This document shows, in pieces, positions 27,027 to 37,179 of a stretch of 64,000 nt of DNA. The notes beneath the pieces were generated by a model, which ran no database searches, was not told the DNA's origin, and worked only from the letters and a program-made list of their open reading frames with translations. Location: positions 92,128 through 156,127 of the forward strand of contig JAVRCV020000033.1 of NCBI GenBank assembly GCA_034530615.2, read 5' to 3'. Position 1 is the first letter of the stretch, and each line of letters begins with the position of its first letter. Position numbers and translations under genes: made by a program. The stretch is from Aulosira sp. ZfuVER01. GTDB lineage: Bacteria > Cyanobacteriota > Cyanobacteriia > Cyanobacteriales > Nostocaceae.

Positions 27027-29324
27027 ATGAAACAGACACGTGATAGCATTGCTGACATTTGGGGCGATCGCACTCCCTATTATGGCGAATGGCCTGTGCG
27101 AGTAGATGAACACATTATTGATGAACCCGATCAATGGGTGCAATCTGCCTGCATACTTTGTTCCAATGGTTGCGGTATGGATATTGGCGTGAAAAACGGC
27201 GTAATTGTAGGAGTGCGGGGTCGTGCTGTAGATGCAGTTAACCACGGACGACTCGGCCCCAAAGGATTGCATGGCTGGGTTGCCAATAATAGTATAGATA
27301 GACTTACCCAACCGCTGATTCGTCGTCATGGGCAGCTAGAACCAGCAAGCTGGGACGAGGCGATGAATCTCATAGTTCAGCGTTCTCAAGAAATTCGTGA
27401 CAAATATACGAGTGGGGCGATCGGTTTTTACACCTCTGGACAGTTGTTTATAGAGGAATATTATACATTGGGGGTAATTGGTAAAGCTGGACTGGGAACG
27501 CCACACATGGATGGCAACACGCGCTTGTGTACAGCAACGGCTGCGGCTGCACTTCAAGAAAGTTTTGGCACAGATGGTCAACCAGGTTCATACACTAACC
27601 TTGATACTACCGAAGCAATTTTTCACGTTGGTCACAATATTGCTTCTCAGCAAACTGTTCTCTGGATGCGAATCTTAGATCGTCTTGCTGGCCCCAATCC
27701 ACCCAAGATAATTGTGATTGACCCGCGTGAAACGCAGACTGCCAAAAAAGCGGACGTACATTTACAACTCAAAGTTGGCACAAATATCCCCGTGATGAAT
27801 GGACTGCTAAATTTGATGATTCAAGCAGGAAATATTGACCAAGCTTATATTAATGCCCATACCGTAGGTTTTGAGAAGTTACAGCAAACTGTCAGTAAGT
27901 GGACACCAGAACGGGTGGAACTAGTAGCAGGAGTCGCTGCCAAAAAACTCTACGAAGCCGCAGAGATTTTAGGAGCGACGAAAACCCTAGTATCTACAGT
28001 TCTTCAAGGCGTTTACCAGTCAATGCAAGCAACTGCCGCAGCTTGCCAGGTCAATAACCTCCACCTCATCCGGGGATTAATTGGTCGTCCAGGCTGTGGT
28101 ATCTATCAAATGAACGGTCAACCCACCGCTCAAAATACCCGCGAATGTGGTGCTGATGGTGCGCTTCCGGCTTTTCGCAACTGGGATAACCCAAAACACA
28201 TTGAAGAATTAGCCAAGTTATGGAATGTGCATCCCGATGTGATTCCCCACTGGTCGCCACCAACCCATGCTATGCAAATCTGGCGTTACTGCGAACAAAG
28301 TTCAATCAAATTGCTCTGGATTAGTGCCACAAATCCAGCAGTCTCTTTACCAGAATTGGCAAGAGTTCGGCGCATTCTGGAGAAAGATGATTTGTTTGTA
28401 GTGGTGCAGGATGCCTTCATGACCGAGACAGCAAAATTTGCAGATGTCGTCTTACCTGCGGCAATTTGGGGCGAAAAAACAGGCTGTTATACTAACGTGG
28501 ATCGAACAGTGCATATTTCCCATAAAGCTGTTGAACCACCAGGGGAAGCACGCTCTGACTTAGATATTTTTCTTGATTATGCTCGAAGAATGGATTTTCG
28601 CGATCGCGATGGCGCACCATTAATTAATTGGGGTAATTCCGAGGAAGCATTTGAAGCTTGGAAAGAATGCACGCGCGATCGCCCTTGTGATTACACAGGG
28701 TTGAGCTATGCAAAACTCACAGGTGGATCGGGAATTCAATGGCCTTGTAACGAACAGCATCCCGATGGTACTCCCCACCTTTATACCGATGGTGTATTCA
28801 ACACTGACCCTGATTATTGTGAAAATTACGGTCACGATCTCGATACTGGTGCTGCTGTGACACCTGAAGAATACCGCGCCAATAACCCGGCAGGTAAAGC
28901 TGTTTTGAAAGCAGCCGACTACATCCCACCCCACGAACAACCAGATGCCGATTATCCTCTTTGGCTAACAACTGGGCGGCTAGTCTACCATTTTCATACT
29001 CGGACTAAAACAGGGCGATCGCCAGCACTCAATGATGCGGCTCCTGATGCTTACGTGCAAATCTCTAAGGAGGATGCAACTAAGTACGGGATTGCTAGTG
29101 GCGATCTGGTTGAGGTTGAGTCTCGCCGGGGTAAGGTAGTAGAACCTGCCACGATCGGTGATATCGAACCAGGGTTAGTGTTTATTCCTTTCCACTATGG
29201 TTATTGGGATGAGCCAAATCGAAGTCGTGCAGCCAACGAACTCACAATTACTGAGTGGGACGCAGTGAGCAAACAACCCCACTTCAAATACGCAGCAGTT
29301 CGCATTCGCAAAGTAGAGGCTTAA
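27027..29324 (+). CDS. Molybdopterin oxidoreductase (assimilatory nitrate reductase/formate dehydrogenase-like catalytic subunit)
   Basis: CILCSNGCG Fe-S motif, DGNTRLC, GQPTAQ, LTTGRLVYHFHTRT, SKQPHFK. Confidence 0.88.
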   Translation: MKQTRDSIADIWGDRTPYYGEWPVRVDEHIIDEPDQWVQSACILCSNGCGMDIGVKNGVIVGVRGRAVDAVNHGRLGPKGLHGWVANNSIDRLTQPLIRRHGQLEPASWDEAMNLIVQRSQEIRDKYTSGAIGFYTSGQLFIEEYYTLGVIGKAGLGTPHMDGNTRLCTATAAAALQESFGTDGQPGSYTNLDTTEAIFHVGHNIASQQTVLWMRILDRLAGPNPPKIIVIDPRETQTAKKADVHLQLKVGTNIPVMNGLLNLMIQAGNIDQAYINAHTVGFEKLQQTVSKWTPERVELVAGVAAKKLYEAAEILGATKTLVSTVLQGVYQSMQATAAACQVNNLHLIRGLIGRPGCGIYQMNGQPTAQNTRECGADGALPAFRNWDNPKHIEELAKLWNVHPDVIPHWSPPTHAMQIWRYCEQSSIKLLWISATNPAVSLPELARVRRILEKDDLFVVVQDAFMTETAKFADVVLPAAIWGEKTGCYTNVDRTVHISHKAVEPPGEARSDLDIFLDYARRMDFRDRDGAPLINWGNSEEAFEAWKECTRDRPCDYTGLSYAKLTGGSGIQWPCNEQHPDGTPHLYTDGVFNTDPDYCENYGHDLDTGAAVTPEEYRANNPAGKAVLKAADYIPPHEQPDADYPLWLTTGRLVYHFHTRTKTGRSPALNDAAPDAYVQISKEDATKYGIASGDLVEVESRRGKVVEPATIGDIEPGLVFIPFHYGYWDEPNRSRAANELTITEWDAVSKQPHFKYAAVRIRKVEA

Positions 29325-29325
29325 T

Positions 29326-29784
29326 ATGCACATCGGAAATTATCTCGGATTGGTTCACCATAGCGAGCAACAACTTGCTGATGCTTTGATGACTATTGCC
29401 AATCATCATCAAGATGAACCAGACATTGAAGAAATTTGTCAGCTACTTTCATATTGGTCACAGCAGCATCTCCAAGCACTGAAACCGATGCTTGAACGTT
29501 ACTCGGAAGAAAAAAGTGAAGAACCAGAAAGATTGACTCAAATCTTGTTTGAAGAACCGAGAAGCGGTAGCCTAGCACTCTTACGAGATCTACATGATTT
29601 GTGGCTACTGGCAAACGAAGTACAACTGTGCTGGATAGTTATTGAACAAGCAGCAAGAGCACTAAGAGACGAAGAGTTGTTAACAATCTGTAAGCAATGT
29701 ACCGAACAGACCAAACGCCAGCTTTCTTGGTTGATGCATCGGATTAAACAATCAGCTCCTCAAACACTTGTGGTTGCTGCTTAA
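29326..29784 (+). CDS. Helical hypothetical protein coupled to the molybdoenzyme gene
   Basis: ATG follows the oxidoreductase stop directly; LLRDLHDLW ferritin-like helices. Confidence 0.75.
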   Translation: MHIGNYLGLVHHSEQQLADALMTIANHHQDEPDIEEICQLLSYWSQQHLQALKPMLERYSEEKSEEPERLTQILFEEPRSGSLALLRDLHDLWLLANEVQLCWIVIEQAARALRDEELLTICKQCTEQTKRQLSWLMHRIKQSAPQTLVVAA

Positions 29785-29804
29785 TAGTTTAGGAAAAGTA
29801 ACCT

Positions 29805-30272
29805 ATGTCAGTAAATTCTGCTCCCAAATTTTTCCAATTTGAAGCTGATTTCGTGGCTTCTCTGCGCTGTATCCCTATGCAGGTACGCTTTAAATTGGAC
29901 ACCTGCGGCATTAAATTGAAATTGTCTGACTGGCACAAGTTCACTCAAGAGGAACGCCAACAATTAGTAGACATACCCTGCTCCACGCAAGCAGAAATTC
30001 AAGCATATCGGGAACTGCTTAGAGAACTAGTTGCAGCTTATACCAACGAACTCCCTAAAGATTTGCCTGTCGAAGCCTATCCCCTTTGGTGTGATGAAAC
30101 AAGCATACCTCCTAGCGTTCAAGAGAAAATCCTAGGATTAGAAGTAAGTATGAGCCTAGAGCAATGGGCAGCTTTGTCTTCTTTAGAGCGATTTGTGCTA
30201 ATTAAACTCAGCCGTCCCAGCCACGAAAATAAAAACTTTTACCCTGCCCTTCAAGAGTTTCATCTTGCCTAA
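29805..30272 (+). CDS. narM: Nitrate reductase-associated protein (NarM-like)
   Basis: FFQFEADFVASLRCIPMQVRFKLDTCGIKLKL and KLSRPSHENKNF motifs. Confidence 0.85.
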   Translation: MSVNSAPKFFQFEADFVASLRCIPMQVRFKLDTCGIKLKLSDWHKFTQEERQQLVDIPCSTQAEIQAYRELLRELVAAYTNELPKDLPVEAYPLWCDETSIPPSVQEKILGLEVSMSLEQWAALSSLERFVLIKLSRPSHENKNFYPALQEFHLA

Positions 30273-30341
30273 AACACCCAAATCTTCAGTCAACAGACCT
30301 CCCTAACCCTAACTCAGCCACGAAAGTCAATTCTCAAAAAT

Positions 30342-30887
30342 ATGACGAAAGAACAACACAAGCAAACCAATGCTTCATCAAATCAGCGATCGCCCTCAAA
30401 AGTGCCTGACATTATTTGGGCACCATTGACATCTGCGGCATTAATCCTGATTGTAGGGCTTTTAGGGTGGGTAGCACATCAACCGTGGCTATTTCCGAGT
30501 CTGGGGCCAACAGTATTCTTGCAAGCAGAACAACCACAATAACCCACAGCTCGTTTCTATAACGTAGTAGTGGGACATTTGCACGGATTGATTGCTGGTG
30601 TATTAGCAGTTCTATTATTGGGGGCGAACAATGCGCCGTCGGTTTTATTAACAGGCGAACTTACTTTAGTGCGTGTTTGGGCTGCTGTCTTAGCGATCGC
30701 GTTGAATATGCTCTTAGGATTTTTACTCAAAGCTTCTCATCCACCAGCAGCAGCTACTACTCTGTTGTTTGCTTTGGGAGGTCTTAAACCAACAGTGCAT
30801 GATGGATTAACCGTCACGATTGGTGTATTAATTATTGCCGTGCTAGGTGAAGGGGTGCGGCGATTTCGACTTGGACAAATTAAGTAA
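30342..30887 (+). pseudogene. HPP family protein with in-frame nonsense codon
   Basis: PSLGPT...PQ*PTARFYNVVVGH...HPPAAAT; TAA 30540-30542 splits one reading frame. Confidence 0.85.
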
Positions 30888-31021
30888 TATTTTCAGTAGC
30901 TACTAACAGTAATACTACTGAAGTAGGCTTTAATAATAAGTTTGGCGATCGCTCAAATCATTTAAACCTCGCTCTTATCTTAAATTTAAATAATTAACAT
31001 CTATCTTTTGATAGATAGGAA

Positions 31022-31044
31022 TTTCATTTGATTTTCATTTTTTT
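31022..31044 (+). promoter_or_regulatory. TTTCAT-N5-TTTCAT direct repeat upstream of ClC gene
   Basis: tttcat ttgat tttcat tttttt. Confidence 0.55.
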
Positions 31045-31123
31045 ATGAAACGCTATTGATAGTAGAAAAAACATTTTAAGTATTTCTAATACGATCGCTG
31101 CTTAAAAGCGATCGCTAAAAATT

Positions 31124-33727
31124 ATGTTAGTGAGGGGAAAAATTCTTTGGTTGAGGCTTTCTCGCCAGATGCTGCAACCAAGGCGCTTGGCTTTTGTTGA
31201 GGCGTGCGTAATTGGTTTAGTTTCTGGGCTGGCGGCAGTTGTGTTAGGACAAGCAGTGGACTGGGCTGGAGCATGGCGAGTTCATGTTTCTTACCTTTGG
31301 CCTGCCTATTTAGTGTTACCTGCTATTGGACTCTTAGGAGGAGTCTTAGCTGGTTGGCTAGTAGAGCGCTTTGCACCGGAAGCATCAGGTAGTGGGATGT
31401 CGGAAGTGAAGGCGGTACTAGCTCGTGTACCGATGCCTTTGAATTTGCGGATTGCTCTAGTCAAATTGATCGGTGCCACCTTAGTACTGGGTTCTGGGAT
31501 ACCTTTAGGAAGGGAAGGGCCGACTGTGCAAATTGGGGCGGCTTTAGCCAATCAACTGAGTAATTGGGTGCCGACTTCCCCAGAACATCGTCGTCAACTG
31601 ATCGCCGCCGGAGCCGGAGCAGGGTTAGCCGCAGCTTTTAATGCGCCGATCGCAGGTGTTTTATTTGTAGTGGAAGAACTACTCCAAGATGTCTCAGGTA
31701 TTACCCTTGGCACTGCAATTCTGGCTTCTTTTATCGCCTCAGTCATCTCCCGCCTCTATGGCAGTCATAGCCTCGATCTGAACATAAATTTAGCCGTTAC
31801 CCATACAACATTCTTTGCGCAGGAAATCCCTTTCTACTTGATTTTGGGAGTGCTGGCTGGGCTACTAGGAATTATCTTTAATAAAAGCGCGATCGCTAGT
31901 TTGGCACTCAACCGCCGCCTGCTACGCCTGAGTTTACCCTGGCGAATTGGATTTGTTGGGTTAATTACTGGTATTGTTATTGCGCTTTTACCTGTAGCCT
32001 TTCGCAATCATGCTGGATTGCGAGATATGTTACTGACAGGTACTAGTGATTCAGTGTTGGCTGCGATCGCTTTTGTTGTCCAATTTAGCCTAATTATTTT
32101 AACATACAGTTCTGGCGCACCAGGAGGTTTGTTAGTTCCAACCTTGGTCTTAGGTGCTGCCCTTGGCTACTTAGTAGGTGCTACGCAAGAGAGTTTGCTA
32201 GGAATGAGTGCAGCCACAACCTATGCCCATGTGGGTATGGCGGCATTTTTTAGCGCTGTCTCGAAGGTGCCAATTACTGCTGTTGTCATTGTATTTGAGA
32301 TGACAACAGATTTTAATCTGGTGCTACCGTTAATGATTGTGTCTGTAGTTGCCTATTTAGTTGCAGAAAAAATAGACCATAGGTCACTTTACGATTTGCT
32401 ACTAGAATGGAAAGGCATTCATATAAAAAAAGAACCCGTTGCAGAGGGACTTTTAGCGCAGTTAAGTGCCGCAGATGTCATGCAGCGCCGTGTCGAAACT
32501 CTCTCGAGCAAAATGAGTATTGAGGAGGCAGTACAGGCATTTTCCCATTCTCACCATCGCAATTTCCCGGTTGTCGAGAATGGCAAACTTGTTGGACTTG
32601 TCACTCAAAAAGATTTAGTCAATACTGGCTCACAGCAGTTAGCTCGTGATACACCTATCGATCGGATTATGACACCAGAGCCAGTTACAGTCGGCCCTAC
32701 AGCTACACTGGCTTATGTGCTGCATTTACTCAATCGTTATAACTTGAGCTGTTTGCCTGTTACAGAAAATCGCAAACTCATAGGAATTATTACACGCACT
32801 GATATTATCCGCGTTGAAGCCGAACGACTCAATGGCAATGTAGACAAAATCGAGCCGACGACGACATTACAACCTTCTTATGTAATTTACCAAACTCGCG
32901 CTCCTGCTATTAGAAAAGGCAGATTGTTAGTACCATTGTCTCATCCGCAGACAGCCGAGACTTTATTAGAAATGGCCGCAGCGATCGCTAAACAGAAAAA
33001 TTACGAAATCGAATGTCTGCAAGTAATTATCGTGCCACGCGATCGCACTCCCGCGGAAACACCAGTGCAAACTTACAAAAGTCATCGTCTTTTGCAACAA
33101 GCTGTACAGTTAGGAGAAGATTGGCGAATTCCTGTGCATACACAGATTCGGGTTGCCCATGATGTTGCTGGGGCAATATTAGAGACTGTCAAAGAGCGAC
33201 ATATAGATTTAGTACTGATGGGTTGGAAAGGTAATACTTCCACTCCGGGCAGAGTTTTCAGCCGAGTTGTTGATACTGTCATTCGCCAGGCTGCTTGTGA
33301 TGTTGTGTTAGTGAAATTAAACGATCAAAAAGGTTTTGAGCGTTGGTTACTACCAATGGCAGGTGGCCCCAACTCCAGCCAAGCCATTCAGCTATTACCT
33401 GCGCTAACTACTCTGAGTTCATCACCTGCTATTAAGCTATATCAGGTTTTTCAACCTACTGAATCTAAACCTGACACCACATTGCTTGACAACTGTGTTC
33501 GCTTTCTTCAGCCGAGAGTTAGCGGTAAGGTAACTGCTACTCCAGTCTGTGCTAGTTCAGTTCCTGAAGCTGTCATTGATTGTGCCCAAAAAGACCACAG
33601 TGATGTGATTATCTTGGGCGCTAGTCGTGAAAGTCTTCTCAAGCAGGCAATTCACGGCAATATTCCCGAAAATATTTCTCGTAAGAGTAATTGCACAGTT
33701 ATTTTAGTACGGAGTGCAACAGCATAA
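31124..33727 (+). CDS. ClC chloride channel/H+-Cl- antiporter with CBS pair and Usp domains
   Basis: GSGMSE, GREGP, AFNAPIAG, GGLLVP, a CBS pair and two Usp-like domains. Confidence 0.92.
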   Translation: MLVRGKILWLRLSRQMLQPRRLAFVEACVIGLVSGLAAVVLGQAVDWAGAWRVHVSYLWPAYLVLPAIGLLGGVLAGWLVERFAPEASGSGMSEVKAVLARVPMPLNLRIALVKLIGATLVLGSGIPLGREGPTVQIGAALANQLSNWVPTSPEHRRQLIAAGAGAGLAAAFNAPIAGVLFVVEELLQDVSGITLGTAILASFIASVISRLYGSHSLDLNINLAVTHTTFFAQEIPFYLILGVLAGLLGIIFNKSAIASLALNRRLLRLSLPWRIGFVGLITGIVIALLPVAFRNHAGLRDMLLTGTSDSVLAAIAFVVQFSLIILTYSSGAPGGLLVPTLVLGAALGYLVGATQESLLGMSAATTYAHVGMAAFFSAVSKVPITAVVIVFEMTTDFNLVLPLMIVSVVAYLVAEKIDHRSLYDLLLEWKGIHIKKEPVAEGLLAQLSAADVMQRRVETLSSKMSIEEAVQAFSHSHHRNFPVVENGKLVGLVTQKDLVNTGSQQLARDTPIDRIMTPEPVTVGPTATLAYVLHLLNRYNLSCLPVTENRKLIGIITRTDIIRVEAERLNGNVDKIEPTTTLQPSYVIYQTRAPAIRKGRLLVPLSHPQTAETLLEMAAAIAKQKNYEIECLQVIIVPRDRTPAETPVQTYKSHRLLQQAVQLGEDWRIPVHTQIRVAHDVAGAILETVKERHIDLVLMGWKGNTSTPGRVFSRVVDTVIRQAACDVVLVKLNDQKGFERWLLPMAGGPNSSQAIQLLPALTTLSSSPAIKLYQVFQPTESKPDTTLLDNCVRFLQPRVSGKVTATPVCASSVPEAVIDCAQKDHSDVIILGASRESLLKQAIHGNIPENISRKSNCTVILVRSATA

Positions 33728-33807
33728 ATGTTTATTATGCAACGCCTATTTAACCAGTCACAATCTAAAAATTTCTGACAAATAATTTGGCAATCGACAA
33801 AATCAAA

Positions 33808-33879
33808 AGCGGGTGATGGGACTCGAACCCACGACGTTCACCTTGGGAAGGTGACATTCTACCACTGAATTACACCCGC
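33808..33879 (-). tRNA. tRNA-Gly (anticodon CCC)
   Basis: GCGGGTGTAATTCAGTGGTAGAATGTCACCTTCCCAAGGTGAACGTCGTGGGTTCGAGTCCCATCACCCGCT folds as a cloverleaf; CCA not encoded. Confidence 0.96.
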
Positions 33880-33942
33880 AAATAGCGGCTAGCCACAAGC
33901 TATAGCTAGGCGCTATTATACCACAATCTGCCAAGACTGAAT

Positions 33943-36900
33943 TTAAGAAGCAGATTTTTCCCGCTCTGATGGCAGGCTAATAACTTCATGTTCGCCAGAT
34001 GAAGGACGGGGTGGTTTTTTGCCGAAGCCGTAGCGCAATGTATTGAGCAGCCAGTTTTGGAAGTTGTCAATATAGCTAAATATCACTGGTACAACCACGA
34101 GAGTCAGTAGTGTAGAAGTTGTAAAACCACCCATAATCGCAATTCCCATTGGTTGGCGGACTTCTGAACCGACACCAATTCCTAAGGCTAGAGGTAGAGT
34201 ACCGGCAATTGTAGCTAACGAGGTCATCATAATTGGGCGCAAGCGTGATATACCAGCTTCTATGAGTGCTTGACGTTGGCTTTTGCCTTCTTGCATGTTG
34301 ATGATTGTATAGTCCACTAACAGAATTGAGTTTTTAGTAACAATCCCCAACAGCAGTACAATCCCAATTAAAGCATAGAGTCCTAAGGGTTTTTGCATTA
34401 CCATCAAGGCTACAAGTGCGCCGCCTAAACAAAAGGGCAAGGCTGCCATAATCGAGAATGGATGCAGGAAGTTGTTATATAGCAACACGAGAATTGCATA
34501 GATGCACAAAATTGCTAATCCCAAGGCGCTACCAAAACCTCTGAAGATGTCTTGCATAATTTTTGCACCGCCGGAGGGTTGCTGTACTACTCCTGGGGGC
34601 AAGTTTTGCATGATTGGGAGTTTATTGACTGCTTGGACTGCTTCTCCGAGAGCGATACCTTGCAAGTTGGCTTCTACTGCAACTTGACGGGCGCGATCGT
34701 AGCGGTTGATGGTTGCAGGGCCGCTACCAAAGCGGATATCTGCAACGGCGAGGAGGGGAACTAAGCTGCCGTTTTGACTGGGGACTTGGAGATTTTTAAT
34801 ATTGTTGATGTCTGCACGTGCTCTAGGATCGATTTGTATTCGGATGGGAATTTGCCGATCGCTTAAATTATATTTAGCTAAATTCGCATCATTATCACCA
34901 ATAGTAGCGAGGGAGGCAGTACGCGCGATCGCTTGCACTGTTACACCCAAATCGGCTGCACGTTGCGCATCGGGAATTACCAGAATTTCTGGTTTCACCA
35001 AACTGGCGGTAGAAGAGACTTCCACTAATCCGCTTAAGGTTCGCATCTGCTTTTCTAGTGCCTCAGCAGCTTGTCTGAGAGCTTCGGGATTTTCACTCCG
35101 CAGAACTATTGATAAACCTTTACGGCTATCACCAGGTACTTGACTTTGGAAACTGACTCTCGCTCCTGGTATTTGCTGGAATAAAGGGCGTATTTGTTCC
35201 TCAAACTGTTTTTGCGAAATTTTCCGTTCTTCTTTGGGTTTGAGATTGACAGCGAGGTTAGCTGTATTTAGATCTTCAGTAGCTAGCACCTGTTCAACTA
35301 CAGGGTTTTTTAGGAGGATATTAGTTGTCTGTGTAACTACCTGATTCATGTCTGCCAAGGTGGAACCAGGTGGAATTTCTATAGCTATGCTGGAAAGACC
35401 GTAGTCACCATCATCAACGAAACCCTTGGGAATTAAGGGAACTAGCATCAGACTAGCAATAAAGAAAGCTAGGGCGATCGCAATTGTTGTTAATCTATGG
35501 CGTAATGCCCATTGCAACAGCAATTTATAAGGCTGAAATGTCCGAGGCTTAAGAGTGCTAAGTTTTTTGTTTTTGTTGTGGCGCGTGGGTATTTTAAATT
35601 TAAAATTTGAAAATGGGGTAAATCTAGCCTTTTTCTGTGTATGGTCTTTATCCTTGAGCAAATACGCCCCCATCATTGGGGTTACCATCCGAGCGACTAA
35701 AGTTGAGAAAATTGTGGAAATAGCAACCGTAAAGCCAAAGGGTTGGAAAAATTGCCCAGGAATACCACCCATAAAAGCTACGGGCATAAATACAGCAATA
35801 ATTGTTGCGGAAGAAGCCATTACAGCTAATCCCACTTCTTCGGAAGACTCATAAGCCGCTTGCATAGCTGATTTGCCCATTGCCATGTGCCGTTCCATGT
35901 TTTCAATTTCCACGACGGCATCATCGACTAAGTTACCGACGGCTAGGGCTAATGCTAGCAATGTCATGTTGTTGAGGGTGTAACCTAATGCTTGCTGTAC
36001 AGCAAAGGTGGGAATCATTGATAGGGGGAGGGCAACGGCGGTAATCAATGTTGCGCGCCAGTCCCGTAAAAATAGCATGATCACAATGACCGCCAGCACT
36101 GAAGCCTGAATCAATTCATCGATGGTGCTTTCATAGGATTGGCGAACAACATCAGCCCTGGTAAAAACTAAATCCAGCTTCACATCTGGGGGGAGGGTTT
36201 TTTCCAGTTCTTTAGCTGCGGCTTTCACTCCGGATTCCACTGTTACCATGACGCTACCAGTGCTGCGGAGAACCTGAAACGCTACCACTGGCTTATTATT
36301 CAAGCTAGCAGTTTGTCGCACATCACCAAACTGATCTTCAACAGTCCCCAAGCTGGATAAGGGTACAGAACCACCTCCGGGTAGGATGATTTCGTAGGTT
36401 TTCAAAACATTGACACTGGCAGCGCTACCTAATGTGCGAATACTTTGTTCGCTACCACCTAATTCTGCACGTCCACCGGGTAAGTTAATGTTCAAAGCGC
36501 GGATTTGATCGTTTACCTGGGTGGCAGTGATACCTAAAGATTGCAAGCGATTCGGATCGAGGTTAATTCTGATTTCTCGATCAACCCCACCCACACGTTT
36601 AATTTGGGCAACACCTTTAACTGCTAACAAGGCGCGGCTAATAGTTTGGTCTACGAGGTTGCTTAACTCTTCTACAGAACGGCGATCGGATTTGACAACG
36701 TATGTCATGATCGGCCCGCCAGCAAAGTCTAGGCGTTGGACAACTGGATCGTTGATATCTTGGGGCAAACTTTGGCGAATTTGGGCGATCGCATTCCGCA
36801 CATCATTGGTGGCGCGATCGCTATTTGTCCCCAACAAAAAATTGATCGTCGTTGTGGAATTGCCATCTGTCACCTTGGATATCATGTTATCGATATTGCC

Positions 36901-37128
36901 CAACCCAGCCACAGCATCTTCAATCTTTTTCGTCACTTGAGATTCAAGTTCCACCGGGCCTGCACCCGGTTGTGTGACTGTTACTGAAACTGCGGGAATA
37001 TCAACATTAGGGTTGGTATCAATTCCTAAAGAAATGAACGAAAACCAACCGACTATCGTTAAAATTAAAAATAAAACTATCGTGGGAACAGGTTTTTTAA
37101 TCGACCAAGCAGAGATATTGAAGGACAT
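33943..37128 (-). CDS. RND efflux permease (AcrB/AcrD/AcrF family)
   Basis: GNLVDDAVVEIEN, KNSILLVD and RLRPIMMT motifs. Confidence 0.95.
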   Translation of the reverse strand: MSFNISAWSIKKPVPTIVLFLILTIVGWFSFISLGIDTNPNVDIPAVSVTVTQPGAGPVELESQVTKKIEDAVAGLGNIDNMISKVTDGNSTTTINFLLGTNSDRATNDVRNAIAQIRQSLPQDINDPVVQRLDFAGGPIMTYVVKSDRRSVEELSNLVDQTISRALLAVKGVAQIKRVGGVDREIRINLDPNRLQSLGITATQVNDQIRALNINLPGGRAELGGSEQSIRTLGSAASVNVLKTYEIILPGGGSVPLSSLGTVEDQFGDVRQTASLNNKPVVAFQVLRSTGSVMVTVESGVKAAAKELEKTLPPDVKLDLVFTRADVVRQSYESTIDELIQASVLAVIVIMLFLRDWRATLITAVALPLSMIPTFAVQQALGYTLNNMTLLALALAVGNLVDDAVVEIENMERHMAMGKSAMQAAYESSEEVGLAVMASSATIIAVFMPVAFMGGIPGQFFQPFGFTVAISTIFSTLVARMVTPMMGAYLLKDKDHTQKKARFTPFSNFKFKIPTRHNKNKKLSTLKPRTFQPYKLLLQWALRHRLTTIAIALAFFIASLMLVPLIPKGFVDDGDYGLSSIAIEIPPGSTLADMNQVVTQTTNILLKNPVVEQVLATEDLNTANLAVNLKPKEERKISQKQFEEQIRPLFQQIPGARVSFQSQVPGDSRKGLSIVLRSENPEALRQAAEALEKQMRTLSGLVEVSSTASLVKPEILVIPDAQRAADLGVTVQAIARTASLATIGDNDANLAKYNLSDRQIPIRIQIDPRARADINNIKNLQVPSQNGSLVPLLAVADIRFGSGPATINRYDRARQVAVEANLQGIALGEAVQAVNKLPIMQNLPPGVVQQPSGGAKIMQDIFRGFGSALGLAILCIYAILVLLYNNFLHPFSIMAALPFCLGGALVALMVMQKPLGLYALIGIVLLLGIVTKNSILLVDYTIINMQEGKSQRQALIEAGISRLRPIMMTSLATIAGTLPLALGIGVGSEVRQPMGIAIMGGFTTSTLLTLVVVPVIFSYIDNFQNWLLNTLRYGFGKKPPRPSSGEHEVISLPSEREKSAS

Positions 37129-37132
37129 AAAT

Positions 37133-37163
37133 AATTCAAAATTCAAAATTCAAAATTCAAAAT
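37133..37163. repeat. STRR heptamer repeat (AATTCAA)n
   Basis: aattcaa x4. Confidence 0.85.
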
Positions 37164-37179
37164 GAAGCAACTTTAAACG

